The notes under the pieces are model-generated. The model did not search any database and was not told the DNA's origin. It saw nothing but the letters and a program-made list of their open reading frames with translations. The translations under genes and the position numbers were made by a program. 64,000 nucleotides of DNA from an uncultured Bacilli bacterium (GTDB taxonomy: Bacteria; Bacillota_I; Bacilli_A; RF39; UBA660): NCBI GenBank assembly GCA_910587325.1, contig CAJUKB010000002.1, positions 32,349-96,348 of the forward strand, in the 5' to 3' direction. This document shows, one piece after another, positions 28,662-39,721 of the stretch. The number at the start of each line of letters is the position of its first letter. The first letter of the stretch is position 1.

Positions 28662-29923
28662 TATCCTCTTCGTCTCCTATGCTTGTAACTTCTTGTAACA
28701 AGCCCACTTTCCATTTGTTTATAAGTTTCAATCGCAACTCCTACTACAATTAGGATTCCGGTTCCTCCAATAGTTACAGAACTCGGTAAACTTGATATAT
28801 TCCCCATCAAAATTGGAAGTCCTGATAAAATCACTAAGAATAGGGAACCTACAATGGTTAACTTACTTAATGAGTTTGAAATGTATTTAGAAGTATCAGC
28901 TCCAGGTCTTACTCCTGGAATATAGCCGCCACGTTTATTTAAGTCTTTACTCATTTCTTCAGGATTCATCATCATAAATGTGTATACATATCCAAAGAAT
29001 AAAATTAATAAGACATATAGTACAAATCCTGTTGGAGTTGTATATACAATATATTTATTAATAAATGCAAGTGCTGCATCGCTTTTTAGAAGTCCGGCAA
29101 CCGTTGACGGAATCGTTAGGACAATCGACGCAAATATTACAGGAATAACGCCTGCACTATTAATTTTAATCGGTAAAAATGATGATTTTGCTCCATATGC
29201 GCTTGTTGTATGATTGGCATATTGAATTGGAATTCTTCTTTCGGCAATGGTTACCCAAATAATTCCTACAAGTACTAATAAGTAAATAACTAAGAATAAA
29301 ACGAATAACCCAATACCTAATGCTAAGTTATAAGTACTTGATGCAATAAAGGCATTAAAAGCTCCACTAAATATTCCTGGCATACTTTGGATAATACCTG
29401 CCATGATAAGTAAAGATGAACCATTTCCTATTCCTTTCATGGTAATTTGATCCCCTAACCATAGTAAGAAAGAAGTACCTGCTGTCATAACTAGGGAAGT
29501 TTTTAACATCACCATAACATCATTTGTATTTAAATAAAATATCGAAATGACATAGGCTTGCACAAAGGCAAATATAACTGCCAAATAACGATTGATTTTA
29601 TTAATCTTTTGTCTTCCTACATATCCTTGTTCTTTTAATTCTTTAAAGTAAGGAATGATATCCATTTGCAAAAGTTGCGTAATAATAGATGCGGTTATGT
29701 AAGGACTAACTCCTAAAGCAAAGATTGAAAAACTTCTAAGTCCTCCCCCACTCATTAGGTTAAAGATTTCTAAAAAACCTAACTCTTCGTAAAGAACACT
29801 TGCCCAAGGAATGGTAATTCCTGTTCCTAAACAAAATATTCCTAAAGCAAAAAGTGTAAAGTAAATTCTTTTTCTTAAATCTTTGTTTTCACTAGCAAAT
29901 AATTTTGCAATGTGACGGGTCAT
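28661..29923 (-). CDS. secY: Preprotein translocase subunit SecY
   Basis: A 10-TM protein with the LGVSPYITASII block, in the spc operon position. Confidence 0.95.
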   Translation of the reverse strand: MTRHIAKLFASENKDLRKRIYFTLFALGIFCLGTGITIPWASVLYEELGFLEIFNLMSGGGLRSFSIFALGVSPYITASIITQLLQMDIIPYFKELKEQGYVGRQKINKINRYLAVIFAFVQAYVISIFYLNTNDVMVMLKTSLVMTAGTSFLLWLGDQITMKGIGNGSSLLIMAGIIQSMPGIFSGAFNAFIASSTYNLALGIGLFVLFLVIYLLVLVGIIWVTIAERRIPIQYANHTTSAYGAKSSFLPIKINSAGVIPVIFASIVLTIPSTVAGLLKSDAALAFINKYIVYTTPTGFVLYVLLILFFGYVYTFMMMNPEEMSKDLNKRGGYIPGVRPGADTSKYISNSLSKLTIVGSLFLVILSGLPILMGNISSLPSSVTIGGTGILIVVGVAIETYKQMESGLVTRSYKHRRRRG

Positions 29924-30367
29924 CTAAATCACCTCAGTTTTGCCACCTGCGGTTTCAATAGCACTTACGGCTTTTGTTGAGAAACGATTTGCTTTTACAG
30001 TTATCTTTTTCTCTAATTTTCCGTTTGCAAGCACTTTAATACCGCTTAGTTGTTTTTTAATGATTCCTCTTTCTTTTAAGATTTCAGGTGTTACAATATC
30101 ACCATCATTAAAATAAGTATTTAAATCACTTAAATTGATGCAAGCGTATTTTGTTTCAAACCTTTTATTATTGAATCCTCTTTTTGGTAATCTTCTATAT
30201 AAAGGAGATTGACCTCCTTGGAACCATGCGGATACGCTAACTCCACTTCTTGACTTTTGTCCTTTTTGTCCATGCGTAGAAGTTTTTCCCATACCGGAAC
30301 CTGGTCCTCGTCCAACAATTTTTTTGGCTTTCATTTCTTTAGACTTAGGTAAATTTTCTAATTTCAT
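29924..30367 (-). CDS. rplO: 50S ribosomal protein L15
   Basis: MKLENL...VGRGPGSGMGKTS.HGQKGQKSRSG aligns with the L15 N-terminus. GGAGGAG RBS. This ATG lies 1 nt after the rpsE stop codon. Confidence 0.95.
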   Translation of the reverse strand: MKLENLPKSKEMKAKKIVGRGPGSGMGKTSTHGQKGQKSRSGVSVSAWFQGGQSPLYRRLPKRGFNNKRFETKYACINLSDLNTYFNDGDIVTPEILKERGIIKKQLSGIKVLANGKLEKKITVKANRFSTKAVSAIETAGGKTEVI

Positions 30368-30368
30368 A

Positions 30369-30938
30369 TTATAACTCCTCCACTTTCTTACCACGAAGAG
30401 CAGCTATTTTAGCAGGAGTTCTTTCACTTTTTAATGCTTCTAAAGTTGCTTTAGCAACATTAATTTTTGTGTTAGAACCAAGAGACTTAGAAATAACGTC
30501 TTTAATTCCTGCAAGTTCAAGTACACTACGAGCTGCACCACCGGCGATAACTCCTGTACCTTTTACTGCTGGTTTAATAAGTACGTTTGCTCTTCCTACT
30601 TTTCCTGTTGCTTCATGAGGAATTGTTCTTCCATCCATAATTGCTACTTTTGTAACATTTTTATTGGCCATCATGCTTGCTTTCGCGATTGCAGCAGGAA
30701 CTTCGTTTGCTTTTCCTGTTCCAATTCCAACTAAACCTTTTCTATTTCCCACAACAACTGTTGCTGAAAATCTAAAATGTCTACCACCTTTGGTAACTTT
30801 CGTTACACGTCCAATAGAGATTACTTTTTCTTCTAGTAATTTTTTTCTGTCTTTGTTTTCTCTAGAAAAACGTTTTTCCCCAGTTTTAGTAGTATTTTTT
30901 GCAGTATCTTTTGTAATATTAGTGTTCTCTTTTTCCAT
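30369..30938 (-). CDS. rpsE: 30S ribosomal protein S5
   Basis: [25 protein letters not shown]. 189 aa with a polar N-terminal extension. Confidence 0.95.
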   Translation of the reverse strand: MEKENTNITKDTAKNTTKTGEKRFSRENKDRKKLLEEKVISIGRVTKVTKGGRHFRFSATVVVGNRKGLVGIGTGKANEVPAAIAKASMMANKNVTKVAIMDGRTIPHEATGKVGRANVLIKPAVKGTGVIAGGAARSVLELAGIKDVISKSLGSNTKINVAKATLEALKSERTPAKIAALRGKKVEEL

Positions 30939-30948
30939 GATGACCTCC

Positions 30949-31305
30949 TTAGAATTCTAGTCCGTTTTCACGAGCAGCTTCTGCTAAAGCTTTTACGCGA
31001 CCATGATATAGGTTTCCGCCTCTATCAAATACGACTTTCTTTATTTTTGCTTTTGTACATTTTAGAGCGATATCTTTTCCTACCGCTTCGGCAGCCTCTA
31101 TATTTCCACCATTTTTAATTTTTAGAGCAATAGAGGAAGAAGAAGCTAAAGTACTACCTGTTGTATCATCTATAACTTGTACATAGATGCCACTATTTGA
31201 CCTAAATACATTTAATCTTGGTTGTTCAGGAGTTCCACTTAAATTTTTTCTTATACGGGCATGTCTTCTTTTACGAACATCATTTTTTGATTCTTTCTTT
31301 ATCAT
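30949..31305 (-). CDS. rplR: 50S ribosomal protein L18
   Basis: [10 protein letters not shown]...PRL.VFRSN..IY.Q.IDD and [22 protein letters not shown]. Confidence 0.95.
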   Translation of the reverse strand: MIKKESKNDVRKRRHARIRKNLSGTPEQPRLNVFRSNSGIYVQVIDDTTGSTLASSSSIALKIKNGGNIEAAEAVGKDIALKCTKAKIKKVVFDRGGNLYHGRVKALAEAARENGLEF

Positions 31306-31317
31306 ACTATACCTCCA

Positions 31318-31854
31318 TTAAGCCGCTTTCTTACCTTCTTTACGACGTACATATTCGCCTTTGTAACGTATACCTTTACCTTTATAAGGCTCTGGCTCAC
31401 GTATCTTACGAACATTCGCCGCAAATTCAGTTACTTTTTGTTTGTCTATACCACTTAACGTAATTTCCGTGTTACTTACAAGTTCTGCTTTAATTCCATC
31501 TGGAATAATTACTTCCACAGGATGTGAGTAACCTGCACTTACTACAATTTTATTTCCTTGTACGTTGAATCTGTATCCTACACCAACAGCTTCTAAACCT
31601 TTAGAAAATCCTTCACTAACTCCGATTAGCATATTATTAATTAGAGAATTTGTTGTTCCTTGCATTACGTTTGCACGAGTGCTTCCATCTACTACTTTTG
31701 TTGTAAGGATAGTATCGTTTACTTCCACACTAACTAAGTTAGAAGTATTAAGCGATAACTCTCCTTTAGGACCTTTCACTGAAACTTTTCCACTTTCAAT
31801 ATTTACTGTAACACCAGTAGGTATTACTAGTTCTCTATTTCCAATTCTACTCAT
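31318..31854 (-). CDS. rplF: 50S ribosomal protein L6
   Basis: MSRIGN..L.IP.GV is the canonical start (ATG at 31854). PEPYKGKGIRY near the C-terminus. Confidence 0.95.
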   Translation of the reverse strand: MSRIGNRELVIPTGVTVNIESGKVSVKGPKGELSLNTSNLVSVEVNDTILTTKVVDGSTRANVMQGTTNSLINNMLIGVSEGFSKGLEAVGVGYRFNVQGNKIVVSAGYSHPVEVIIPDGIKAELVSNTEITLSGIDKQKVTEFAANVRKIREPEPYKGKGIRYKGEYVRRKEGKKAA

Positions 31855-31865
31855 AGGTTCTTTCC

Positions 31866-32261
31866 TTACCAAATATAGGCAAGTACTTCACCTCCAAGTC
31901 TTTCATTTCTTGCTTCTTTGTCTGTCATAAGTCCTTTACTAGTTGAGATGATTGCAATACCAAGTCCATTTAATACACGAGGAATTTCATCGGCTCCAGC
32001 ATAAACACGAAGTCCGGATTTACTAATTCTTTTAAGTCCAGTAATAACTCTTTCTTTCTTTTCTCCGTATTTCAAAGTTAAAGTCAATTTATCTCCCTTA
32101 ACGTTTTTTTCATAAGTATATTCTGCAATATAACCTTCATTTTTTAGGATTTCAGCAATTCCTAAAGTCATTTTTGTCCCAATACACTCAACTGTTTCAT
32201 ATTTTAATTGATTTGCATTACGTATTCTCGTAAGCATATCTGCTATTTTATCTTGTACCAT
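31866..32261 (-). CDS. rpsH: 30S ribosomal protein S8
   Basis: [13 protein letters not shown] and GGEVLAYIW. Confidence 0.95.
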   Translation of the reverse strand: MVQDKIADMLTRIRNANQLKYETVECIGTKMTLGIAEILKNEGYIAEYTYEKNVKGDKLTLTLKYGEKKERVITGLKRISKSGLRVYAGADEIPRVLNGLGIAIISTSKGLMTDKEARNERLGGEVLAYIW

Positions 32262-32277
32262 TTAAAATTCCTCCTTT

Positions 32278-32463
32278 CTACCAACTTGACTTCTTAACGC
32301 CAGGTATTTGGCCCTTATTTGCTAATTCTCTAAAACAGATACGACATAATTTGTATTTACGAAGTACACCATGAGGACGTCCACATCTTTCACAACGTGT
32401 ATAGGCACGAACTTTAAATTTTGGTGTTCTTTGTTGTTTCACTTTTAAACTTGTTTTTGCCAT
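32278..32463 (-). CDS. rpsN: 30S ribosomal protein S14 type Z (zinc-binding)
   Basis: 61 aa, with CERCGRP...CRICFRE. Confidence 0.95.
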   Translation of the reverse strand: MAKTSLKVKQQRTPKFKVRAYTRCERCGRPHGVLRKYKLCRICFRELANKGQIPGVKKSSW

Positions 32464-32475
32464 TTTAAATCCTCC

Positions 32476-33015
32476 TTAATTTCTAAAAGGCATTCCGAAT
32501 GCTTTTAGTAAACTTTCGGCTTCCTTATTTGTATTTGCTGTTGTTACGAATACAATATCCATTCCTCTAATTTTTAAAACGTTATCGTATTCAATTTCAG
32601 GAAATATTAATTGTTCTTTAATGCCTAGTGTATAGTTTCCATGTCCATCAAATGCATGATTTGATACTCCACGAAAGTCTCTCACACGAGGAAGAGCGAC
32701 TTTGATTAGTTTTTCCATAAAGTCATACATATTTTCATTACGTAACGTAACTTTTGCACCAATCGTTTGTCCTTCTCTCAATTTAAATCCGGCGATTGAT
32801 TTACGTGCTTTTGTTACTACAGGCTTTTGTCCTGTAATGGTTTTTAAATCTTCTACAGCAGCATCGATGAATTTATCTTCACGTGCGCCTTCTCCAACAC
32901 CCATGTTAATTACAATTTTTTCTAATTTTGGAACTTGCATAATAGTTTTGTAGTTGTATTCTTTCATTAGGGAAGGAATGATTTCTTTGTTATATAATTC
33001 TTTTAAAGTACTCAT
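32476..33015 (-). CDS. rplE: 50S ribosomal protein L5
   Basis: L5 blocks: [20 protein letters not shown]. Confidence 0.95.
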   Translation of the reverse strand: MSTLKELYNKEIIPSLMKEYNYKTIMQVPKLEKIVINMGVGEGAREDKFIDAAVEDLKTITGQKPVVTKARKSIAGFKLREGQTIGAKVTLRNENMYDFMEKLIKVALPRVRDFRGVSNHAFDGHGNYTLGIKEQLIFPEIEYDNVLKIRGMDIVFVTTANTNKEAESLLKAFGMPFRN

Positions 33016-33017
33016 AT

Positions 33018-33311
33018 CTATTCACCTACTTGTTCTTTCTTTACTTCTTTTTTAGGTTTGTCTTCCTTTTTAGAAGTTTTTTTTGTCGCTTTTTCATCGT
33101 TTAGTTTTACATTTGATACGTGAATTGGGCTAGCCATTTCAATAATGCCACCTTTATCATTGTTATTTGTAGGTTTTTGATGTTTTTTTACGATATTGAT
33201 ACCATCTACAATGACTTTATCAATATTTTTTAAAGTTTTAATAACCGTTCCAGTTTTACCTTTGTCTTTTCCTGCTATTACTTTTACATTATCTCCAACT
33301 TTTATTTTCAT
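33018..33311 (-). CDS. rplX: 50S ribosomal protein L24
   Basis: [24 protein letters not shown] motif. Confidence 0.95.
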   Translation of the reverse strand: MKIKVGDNVKVIAGKDKGKTGTVIKTLKNIDKVIVDGINIVKKHQKPTNNNDKGGIIEMASPIHVSNVKLNDEKATKKTSKKEDKPKKEVKKEQVGE

Positions 33312-33320
33312 CTTAACCTC

Positions 33321-33689
33321 CTATAAAACCTCAGGTGCTAGTGAAACAATTTTCGCAAAATCTTTTTCTCTTAATTCTCTAGCAACAGGTCCTAATACTC
33401 TTGTACCAACTGGTGTTTTATCGTCTTTAATGATTACACATGCGTTGTCATCAAATTTAATGAAAGAACCATCTTTTCTTTTTACACCTTGTACACTTCT
33501 AACAATGACTGCTTTTACGACTTTTCCTTTTTTTAGGTTTGAGTTTGGAATTGCTTTTTTAACAGTTCCAACAACTACATCCCCAATGTTTCCAAATTTT
33601 CTTGTAGAACCACCTAGTACACGAATTACAAGTAATTCTCTTGCACCAGTATTGTCTGCAACTTTTAATCTTGATTCTTGTTGTACCAT
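33321..33689 (-). CDS. rplN: 50S ribosomal protein L14
   Basis: [16 protein letters not shown]... Confidence 0.95.
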   Translation of the reverse strand: MVQQESRLKVADNTGARELLVIRVLGGSTRKFGNIGDVVVGTVKKAIPNSNLKKGKVVKAVIVRSVQGVKRKDGSFIKFDDNACVIIKDDKTPVGTRVLGPVARELREKDFAKIVSLAPEVL

Positions 33690-33698
33690 AGTAACCTC

Positions 33699-33953
33699 CT
33701 ACAGAATTACAGCTTCGATTAGAATTTCTACAAGTTCATATCTTTTGGTTTTTGATAGTGGTCTCGTACTTCTAATTCTTACTGTATCTCCAGCTTTTGC
33801 TTTGTTTTCTTCATCATGGGCTGTATATTTTTTACTTGATTTTACTCTTTTTCCATATAATGGATGACTTTTGTAAGTTTCAACTAGCACAGTAATTGTT
33901 TTGTTGTTTTTAGCACTTACTACTTTTCCAACGAATTCTTGTCTTTTTTCCAT
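33699..33953 (-). CDS. rpsQ: 30S ribosomal protein S17
   Basis: [14 protein letters not shown]....HPLYGKR. Confidence 0.95.
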   Translation of the reverse strand: MEKRQEFVGKVVSAKNNKTITVLVETYKSHPLYGKRVKSSKKYTAHDEENKAKAGDTVRIRSTRPLSKTKRYELVEILIEAVIL

Positions 33954-34159
33954 TATTCATTCCCTCCTGTGCTTTGTTCTCTTTCTTTTAAGACGGTTAG
34001 CATTCTTGCTACGTCTTTTTTCATTTCCTTTAGCTTTGATGTTTTATCAAGTGAGCCAGTTGCATTTTTAATACGTAAGTTTAATAATTCTTTTTTAGAT
34101 TCTTTTACTTTTTCTAAAATTTCTTCATCTTTTAATTTTCTTATTTCGCTAACTTTCAC
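33953..34159 (-). CDS. rpmC: 50S ribosomal protein L29
   Basis: The GTG at 34159, 6 nt after GAAGGTG, gives MKVSEIRKL..., collinear with the L29 N-terminus. The tracked start at 34168 is a GTG inside the RBS. Confidence 0.9.
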   Translation of the reverse strand: MKVSEIRKLKDEEILEKVKESKKELLNLRIKNATGSLDKTSKLKEMKKDVARMLTVLKEREQSTGGNE

Positions 34160-34574
34160 TTGAAACACCTTCTCTCATAACGAATTTAGTTTTCACAGCA
34201 AGTTTATGAGAAGCAAGTCTTAATGCTTCACGAGCAACTTCTTCCGATACTCCGCTGATTTCAAACATAATTTTTCCTTCTTTAACTACTGCTACCCATT
34301 CATCTACGTTTCCTTTACCTTTACCTTGACGAGTTTCTAGTGGTTTTTTCGTACGAGGCATATGTGGAAATATATTAATATATACTTTTCCACCACGTTT
34401 CATGTAACGTGTCATAGCAATACGAGCAGCTTCGATTTGACGAGCAGAAATCCAATTTCCTTCTTTGGCCATTAGTCCATAATCTCCAAAATGAAGTTCC
34501 GTATTTCCTTTTGCGTGTCCATCATAAGTCCATCTATGCGTTTTTCTAAATTTAGTTCTTTTTGGCATCAACAT
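34149..34574 (-). CDS. rplP: 50S ribosomal protein L16
   Basis: Canonical start [11 protein letters not shown] at 34574. The tracked start adds 15 residues that overlap rpsC. Confidence 0.95.
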   Translation of the reverse strand: MLMPKRTKFRKTHRWTYDGHAKGNTELHFGDYGLMAKEGNWISARQIEAARIAMTRYMKRGGKVYINIFPHMPRTKKPLETRQGKGKGNVDEWVAVVKEGKIMFEISGVSEEVAREALRLASHKLAVKTKFVMREGVSSES

Positions 34575-35232
34575 TTTGAACACTCTCCTTTTTTGTCCTG
34601 CTGCTAGGAAGAATTTCACCTTTGTAGATCCAAACTTTTACACCAATTTTTCCATAAGTTGTATCTGCTTCACTATGTGCATAATCAATATCAGCTCTAA
34701 GTGTATGAAGTGGAACAGTTCCTTCTGTATATCCTTCGGTTCTTGCCATTTCAGCTCCGGCAAGTCTTCCTGATACAGAAGTTTTGATTCCTTTTGCTCC
34801 TGCTTTCATTGTATTACGTAGCGCCCTTTTTTGTGCACTTCTAAATGGAGCACGATTGGCGATTTGGCTTGCTATATTGTCTGCAACTAACTTTGCAACT
34901 AAATCTGGATTTTTTACTTCTACGATTGAGATGTATACTTCTTCTCCAACGTATTTTGATAAAGCCTTTCTTAACTTTTCAATATCTTCTCCACCACGAC
35001 CAATAATAACGCCTGGTTTTGCAGTATTGATGGTTACTTCGCATTTATCCTTTTTTCTTTCAATAATGACTGAGGCAACAGCGGCATCTTTTAAATTCTT
35101 TGCAATGTATTCACGAATTTTGATATCTTTATTTAAAGTATCACCAAAATCACGTTTTTTTGCATACCACTTAGAATCCCAAGTTTTATTGACTCCAAGT
35201 CTATATCCTATTGGATTTACCTTTTGTCCCAT
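34552..35232 (-). CDS. rpsC: 30S ribosomal protein S3
   Basis: [13 protein letters not shown]... Confidence 0.95.
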   Translation of the reverse strand: MGQKVNPIGYRLGVNKTWDSKWYAKKRDFGDTLNKDIKIREYIAKNLKDAAVASVIIERKKDKCEVTINTAKPGVIIGRGGEDIEKLRKALSKYVGEEVYISIVEVKNPDLVAKLVADNIASQIANRAPFRSAQKRALRNTMKAGAKGIKTSVSGRLAGAEMARTEGYTEGTVPLHTLRADIDYAHSEADTTYGKIGVKVWIYKGEILPSSRTKKESVQNVDAKKN

Positions 35233-35577
35233 TTAACTCGCCACCTTCCCATCACTTACTTTAACAGTAATATGACTTGTTCTTTTGTCTCTTCTATCGA
35301 CATTTCCACGACTTGCAAATTTAATTCTTTTGTATACAGGTCCTGGATTGATATAGCATTCACTTACGAATAAATCTGTTTCGCTTGCTCCCTCATTATT
35401 TACAGCATTTGCAATTGCACTTTTTAATACTTTCATAATAAGGCGACTTGCTTTTGTATTGGTTGTTTCTAAAATACCTTCTGCCGTAGCTACATCTTTT
35501 CCTCTTATAAGGTCAAGAGTCATTCTTGCTTTTCTTGGTGCAATCATTGCACTTTTATGTATTGCATAACTTTCCAT
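35233..35577 (-). CDS. rplV: 50S ribosomal protein L22
   Basis: IAPRKARMTLDLIRGK. Confidence 0.95.
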   Translation of the reverse strand: MESYAIHKSAMIAPRKARMTLDLIRGKDVATAEGILETTNTKASRLIMKVLKSAIANAVNNEGASETDLFVSECYINPGPVYKRIKFASRGNVDRRDKRTSHITVKVSDGKVAS

Positions 35578-35589
35578 TTCCAGAGCCTC

Positions 35590-35853
35590 CTACTTTTGTC
35601 CTGCGTGTCCGCCAAATTTACGAGTCCCGGCGAACTCTCCTAATTTGTGTCCAACCATTTCTTCTGTTACATAAACAGGAATAAATTCTTTCCCATTATG
35701 TACTGCAAATGTATGTCCTACAAAATCAGGGAATATCGTTGAACGACGAGAATATGTTTTAATTACTTCTTTTTTATTTACCTTATTTAATTCTTGTACT
35801 TTTTTTAGTAGTCTATCAAATACATAAGGTCCTTTTTTTAAACTTCTTGCCAT
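35590..35853 (-). CDS. rpsS: 30S ribosomal protein S19
   Basis: [11 protein letters not shown]...GHKLGEF..TR.F.GH. Confidence 0.95.
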   Translation of the reverse strand: MARSLKKGPYVFDRLLKKVQELNKVNKKEVIKTYSRRSTIFPDFVGHTFAVHNGKEFIPVYVTEEMVGHKLGEFAGTRKFGGHAGQK

Positions 35854-35862
35854 AACAACCTC

Positions 35863-36693
35863 CTACTTTTTCTTTCTACTAACAATAAGTTTGTTAGAAG
35901 CTTTCTTATTTTTTCTTGTTTTATATCCAAGAGCAGGTTTACCCCAAGGAGTAACTGGTGTTTTACGTCCAATAGGAGCACGTCCTTCTCCACCACCATG
36001 AGGGTGGTCATTAGGGTTCATAACAGAACCACGGTTGGTAGGTTTGATTCCCATGTGACGAGTTCTACCTGCTTTTCCAATGTTTACAAGTTCATAGTCT
36101 TCGTTTCCTACTACACCAATTGTAGCTACACAAGTCCCTAGAATTTTTCTTGTTTCACCTGATTGAAGTCTTACCAAAACATATTTTCCTTCACGACCAA
36201 GGATTTGAGCAGAAGCTCCAGCACTACGACATAATTCTGCGCCTTTTCCCGGCTTTAATTCTATACAATGAATGACTGTACCTACTGGAATATTTTCAAG
36301 TGGAAGTGCATTTCCGACTTTGATATCCGCATTTACTCCACTTTCAATAATAGTTCCAACTGTTAAATCTTTTGGAGCAATGATGTATCTTTTTTCGCCA
36401 TCTTTATAATGAATCAAAGCAATGTTTGCACTACGATTTGGATCGTATTCAATTGTTGCAACACGTCCTGGAACACCAACTTTATTTCTTTTAAAATCAA
36501 TTATACGATATCTTTGTTTTGCTCCTCCGCCAATATGACGAACTGTTAATTTACCTTGGTTATTTCTTCCACCGGTTTTTGTCTTTTTGGTAGTTAGAGA
36601 TTTTAGAGGTTTGCTTGCGGTTAACTCATCGTTTGCAAGTGTTGACATTCCCCTACGGCCATTCGTCGTTGGTTTATATTTCTTAATTGCCAT
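35863..36693 (-). CDS. rplB: 50S ribosomal protein L2
   Basis: [14 protein letters not shown]...[13 protein letters not shown]. Confidence 0.95.
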   Translation of the reverse strand: MAIKKYKPTTNGRRGMSTLANDELTASKPLKSLTTKKTKTGGRNNQGKLTVRHIGGGAKQRYRIIDFKRNKVGVPGRVATIEYDPNRSANIALIHYKDGEKRYIIAPKDLTVGTIIESGVNADIKVGNALPLENIPVGTVIHCIELKPGKGAELCRSAGASAQILGREGKYVLVRLQSGETRKILGTCVATIGVVGNEDYELVNIGKAGRTRHMGIKPTNRGSVMNPNDHPHGGGEGRAPIGRKTPVTPWGKPALGYKTRKNKKASNKLIVSRKKK

Positions 36694-36705
36694 AACAATA
36701 CCTCC

Positions 36706-36978
36706 TTACATCTCAATCGTTTCGCCGTCTTTAAGACTTACGATTGCTTTCTTATAAACTTTAGTTTTTCCAGTATATTTTCCTACTCTTCTGTCTTTTG
36801 GTTTTGTAACTAATGTATTAATTTTTTCTACATGTACACCAAATTGAGCTTCAATAGTTTTTTTGATTTGTGTTTTGGTTGCTCTTTTGTCTACTTTGAA
36901 TGTATAAACACCTACTTGAGCGTTCATAGCACTTTTTTCAGTAACTACTGGAGCAATAATAATATCGGGGTTAGTCAT
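36706..36978 (-). CDS. rplW: 50S ribosomal protein L23
   Basis: IIAPVVTEKS..., position between rplD and rplB. Confidence 0.95.
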   Translation of the reverse strand: MTNPDIIIAPVVTEKSAMNAQVGVYTFKVDKRATKTQIKKTIEAQFGVHVEKINTLVTKPKDRRVGKYTGKTKVYKKAIVSLKDGETIEM

Positions 36979-37600
36979 TTTTTAATACCTCCTCCATGTA
37001 ATTAACTGCTGCTTCATCACAAACAAGGTAGTCTGCATTTACTAAGTCTAAGCAATTAATTTCATCTGCAAGTATCGCATAAGCATAACCTAAGTTTCTT
37101 GATGCCATATATAGATTCGGATTATCTTCTTTGGTTACAAATAATACTTTACCTGCTAAATTTAATGTATCAAGTATCGTTTTTACTTCTTTTGTTTTTA
37201 AAGTATCAAGTTTAATGTCATCAATCACGATTAACTCTTTACTTGTGTATTTATAAGTTAGAGCACTCTTAAGAGCAAGTGTTCTTTCTTTTTTATTAAT
37301 TTTAAATGTGTAATCACGTGGAGTAACTCCTAGTGCTACACCTCCACCACGCCATACAGGAGAGCGATTAGATCCAGCTCTTGCACGACCTGTTCCTTTT
37401 TGTTTCCATGGTTTTCTTCCTCCACCAGAAACTTCACTTCTTGTTTTCGTTTTTGCAGTTCCTTGACGAGTCGCATCAAGTTGCAAACGAATCATTTTCT
37501 TTAAACAATCATCATTAGTTTCAATTTTCCATATAGAATCACTTATTGTGATGTCTTTAAGTTTTTCACCTTTAAGGTTTTTAAGTTCAACTTTTGCCAT
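36971..37600 (-). CDS. rplD: 50S ribosomal protein L4
   Basis: RSEVSGGGRKPWKQKGTGRAR.GS.RSP.WRGGG. Confidence 0.95.
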   Translation of the reverse strand: MAKVELKNLKGEKLKDITISDSIWKIETNDDCLKKMIRLQLDATRQGTAKTKTRSEVSGGGRKPWKQKGTGRARAGSNRSPVWRGGGVALGVTPRDYTFKINKKERTLALKSALTYKYTSKELIVIDDIKLDTLKTKEVKTILDTLNLAGKVLFVTKEDNPNLYMASRNLGYAYAILADEINCLDLVNADYLVCDEAAVNYMEEVLKND

Positions 37601-37623
37601 TCTTTATCCCTCCAATAAGTGTC

Positions 37624-38439
37624 CTAATTTTCTTCTACTGCTTCTTTAGCAGTCTCTTCTTTTTCTTCTGTTGTTTCTTCTGTAACTTCAGCAGTTTCTT
37701 CTACTGGAGTTTCTACTGTTTCTTCAACAGTTTCAGAAGTAGTATTTACTTCTTCTACTGCATCAACAACGGTTTCTTCTGTATAAGTAATAACTTCGAA
37801 TTCTGCTTTCTTTTTGTTATTCTTAACAGCGTTCTTAATTAAAACTAATGAATTTTTAGGTCCTGGAATATTTCCACTTACTAAAATGTAGTTTTCTTCT
37901 GCATTTACTTCTACAATTTGCAAATTTTGTATTGTAATGGTTTCATGTCCCATATGACCTGGTAATTTTTTACCCTTTAATACTCTTTTTGGTAACATAG
38001 TACCCATTGAACCTGGTCCTCTATGATAGTGTGAGCCATGTCCCATTGGGCCACGATGTTGATTGTGTCTTTTGATTACACCTTGGAAACCTTTTCCTTT
38101 TGAAGTACCAGTGACATCCACAATCTCTCCTACTTCAAATACATCAGCGCTTAAAGTTTGCCCTTGTGTGTAAGTTCCTTCCACATTTCTTAATTCTTTT
38201 AAGAAGCGCTTAGGTGTAGTACTCGCTTTTTTAGCATGTCCTATTGCTTGCTTAGAAGCATTTTTTTCTTTTTTGTCTACTACGCCAAGTTGGATTGCAC
38301 TATAGCCATCATTTTCTACTGTTTTTACTTGCATTACTACATTAGGAGTAACTTCTACAACAGTAACGGGAATCAATTTTCCATCTTTAGTGAAGACTTG
38401 TGTCATTCCAACTTTACGCCCTAAGATTCCTTTTTTCAT
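37624..38439 (-). CDS. rplC: 50S ribosomal protein L3 with long acidic C-terminal tail
   Basis: Canonical core ([11 protein letters not shown]..., [12 protein letters not shown]). About 65 in-frame E/T/V-rich residues follow the usual end. Confidence 0.95.
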   Translation of the reverse strand: MKKGILGRKVGMTQVFTKDGKLIPVTVVEVTPNVVMQVKTVENDGYSAIQLGVVDKKEKNASKQAIGHAKKASTTPKRFLKELRNVEGTYTQGQTLSADVFEVGEIVDVTGTSKGKGFQGVIKRHNQHRGPMGHGSHYHRGPGSMGTMLPKRVLKGKKLPGHMGHETITIQNLQIVEVNAEENYILVSGNIPGPKNSLVLIKNAVKNNKKKAEFEVITYTEETVVDAVEEVNTTSETVEETVETPVEETAEVTEETTEEKEETAKEAVEEN

Positions 38440-38459
38440 ATTACTTTTCCTTCCTTATA

Positions 38460-38768
38460 TTATAATTTAATATCAATGTCTACACCACTTGGTATATCTA
38501 AGTGTGTTAAAGCATCAATAACTTCTTTGCTAGGTTCTAAGATATCAATTAGTCTTTTGTGTGTACGACTTTCAAATTGTTCTCTTGAATCTTTGTATTT
38601 GTGAACTGCTCTTAATACTGTAACACGTTCTATTTCAGTAGGAAGAGGAATTGGTCCACTAATACGTCCTCCTAGTCTTTTTACGGTTTCTACAATCTTT
38701 CCTGCTGCTAAATCTAATATTTTATTATCATAAGCTCTAAGATTGATACGTACTTTGTTTTTTGACAT
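38460..38768 (-). CDS. rpsJ: 30S ribosomal protein S10
   Basis: [10 protein letters not shown]...PLPT...[21 protein letters not shown]. Confidence 0.95.
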   Translation of the reverse strand: MSKNKVRINLRAYDNKILDLAAGKIVETVKRLGGRISGPIPLPTEIERVTVLRAVHKYKDSREQFESRTHKRLIDILEPSKEVIDALTHLDIPSGVDIDIKL

Positions 38769-38901
38769 ATTTTATTGTCTCCTTTCGCCTATATCTAGTA
38801 TAGACTAGCTCCGTACAAATTCCCTGAATTATAGATTTTGTTTTAACAACTCAACCTAGTGTATCAGCAACCTCGCACATCCAAGCCGTCATACATATTT
38901 C

Positions 38902-38930
38902 ATTTTAACACTATATAATATGAAATGCAA
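38902..38930 (-). promoter_or_regulatory. Sigma-A type promoter of the S10 operon (about 125-nt leader)
   Basis: On the minus strand, TTGCAT (38930-38925), 17 nt, TAAAAT (38907-38902), with an A/T-rich upstream tract. The leader contains CTAGT-CTAT-ACTAG and other helices. Confidence 0.55.
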
Positions 38931-39163
38931 GCAGAAATTTTGCCTATTTTCCGTTCCTTTCATTTAGTAACATTCAAAAAGATATACAAGTAAATCTATT
39001 TTTATTAAACATAAAAGGAAGTTAAAGATATATTCACTAGCAAAAAACAATTAAAGTCAGTTATCAAATGCAAGTTTAACTTTTATAAAGTGCTTGCCAA
39101 AATCAAGTTTTGGAAATATTAACTTTTTTTAACAAGCAATTCTTATTACAGAAAAATCACTCA

Positions 39164-39203
39164 TAATAAAAACAACCAATGTTAACTAACGCCATTTTGG
39201 TTG
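39164..39203 (-). terminator. Intrinsic terminator after the 160-aa membrane protein gene
   Basis: On the minus strand, CAACCAAAATG...CATTGGTTG (2-nt bulge) followed by TTTTTATTAT. Confidence 0.55.
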
Positions 39204-39230
39204 CTTATAAAAAATAGTTATGATTATTCT

Positions 39231-39713
39231 TCATATTTCTTTGCAAATGTATCCTAAAATTTCAATGTCCTTAATATAATCGTTTAAAGGTTCATCATTA
39301 TTTACATAATTCTCAAAATTTACAGGAATAAATGTTTTAGAACTATAAGTCTTCATTAATTTTTTTTCATCTATCTCTTCATCAAAATCGTTTTTACTTT
39401 CTCTTTCAAGTGAATCAAATCCTAAAACATTCGTAAATTCATACTTCTCTTGTGTTAAAAAATTAGTCATTTCTATATCATCTTTAATCTTAAAAGAAAT
39501 GCTGTAAATTGATTTATATTTTCCTAAATCTTCATCATCAATGCTTCGGAAATCAAAAGATTCCCAGTCTGTTTTTTTTTCACACAGATATTCTTTTGTC
39601 TTTTTGTCCAATTTGGTTTCATTTTGCTTGTTTATATAGAAATATACACCGATAGCACTAATTAACGCTAATAGAATTAGAATAAATATAATTATTTTCT
39701 TTTTATTTTTCAT
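39231..39713 (-). CDS. Hypothetical N-terminally anchored membrane/secreted protein
   Basis: A single N-terminal TM segment (IIIFILILLALISAIGVYFYI) followed by an acidic domain. Its ATG lies 8 nt downstream of the pilin-like gene's stop codon. Confidence 0.5.
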   Translation of the reverse strand: MKNKKKIIIFILILLALISAIGVYFYINKQNETKLDKKTKEYLCEKKTDWESFDFRSIDDEDLGKYKSIYSISFKIKDDIEMTNFLTQEKYEFTNVLGFDSLERESKNDFDEEIDEKKLMKTYSSKTFIPVNFENYVNNDEPLNDYIKDIEILGYICKEI

Positions 39714-39721
39714 TTTCCCTC

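Noticed and set aside
33196-33867. A 223-aa plus-strand ORF, and many other 60-150-aa plus-strand ORFs, across 24.7-38.8 kb.
   Set aside because: They are antisense to highly conserved ribosomal protein genes and have low-complexity S/F/T/L-rich translations typical of the reverse strand of coding DNA. I saw no RBS for them.
38902-38930. Shared strings (TTGCATTTCAT, ATATAGTGTT) between the S10 promoter region and the orphan promoter at 59798-59826, considered as a dispersed repeat.
   Set aside because: The shared segments are short and sit at different spacings relative to the -10 elements. This is more likely similar strong-promoter composition than a mobile repeat. I noted it only as supporting context.
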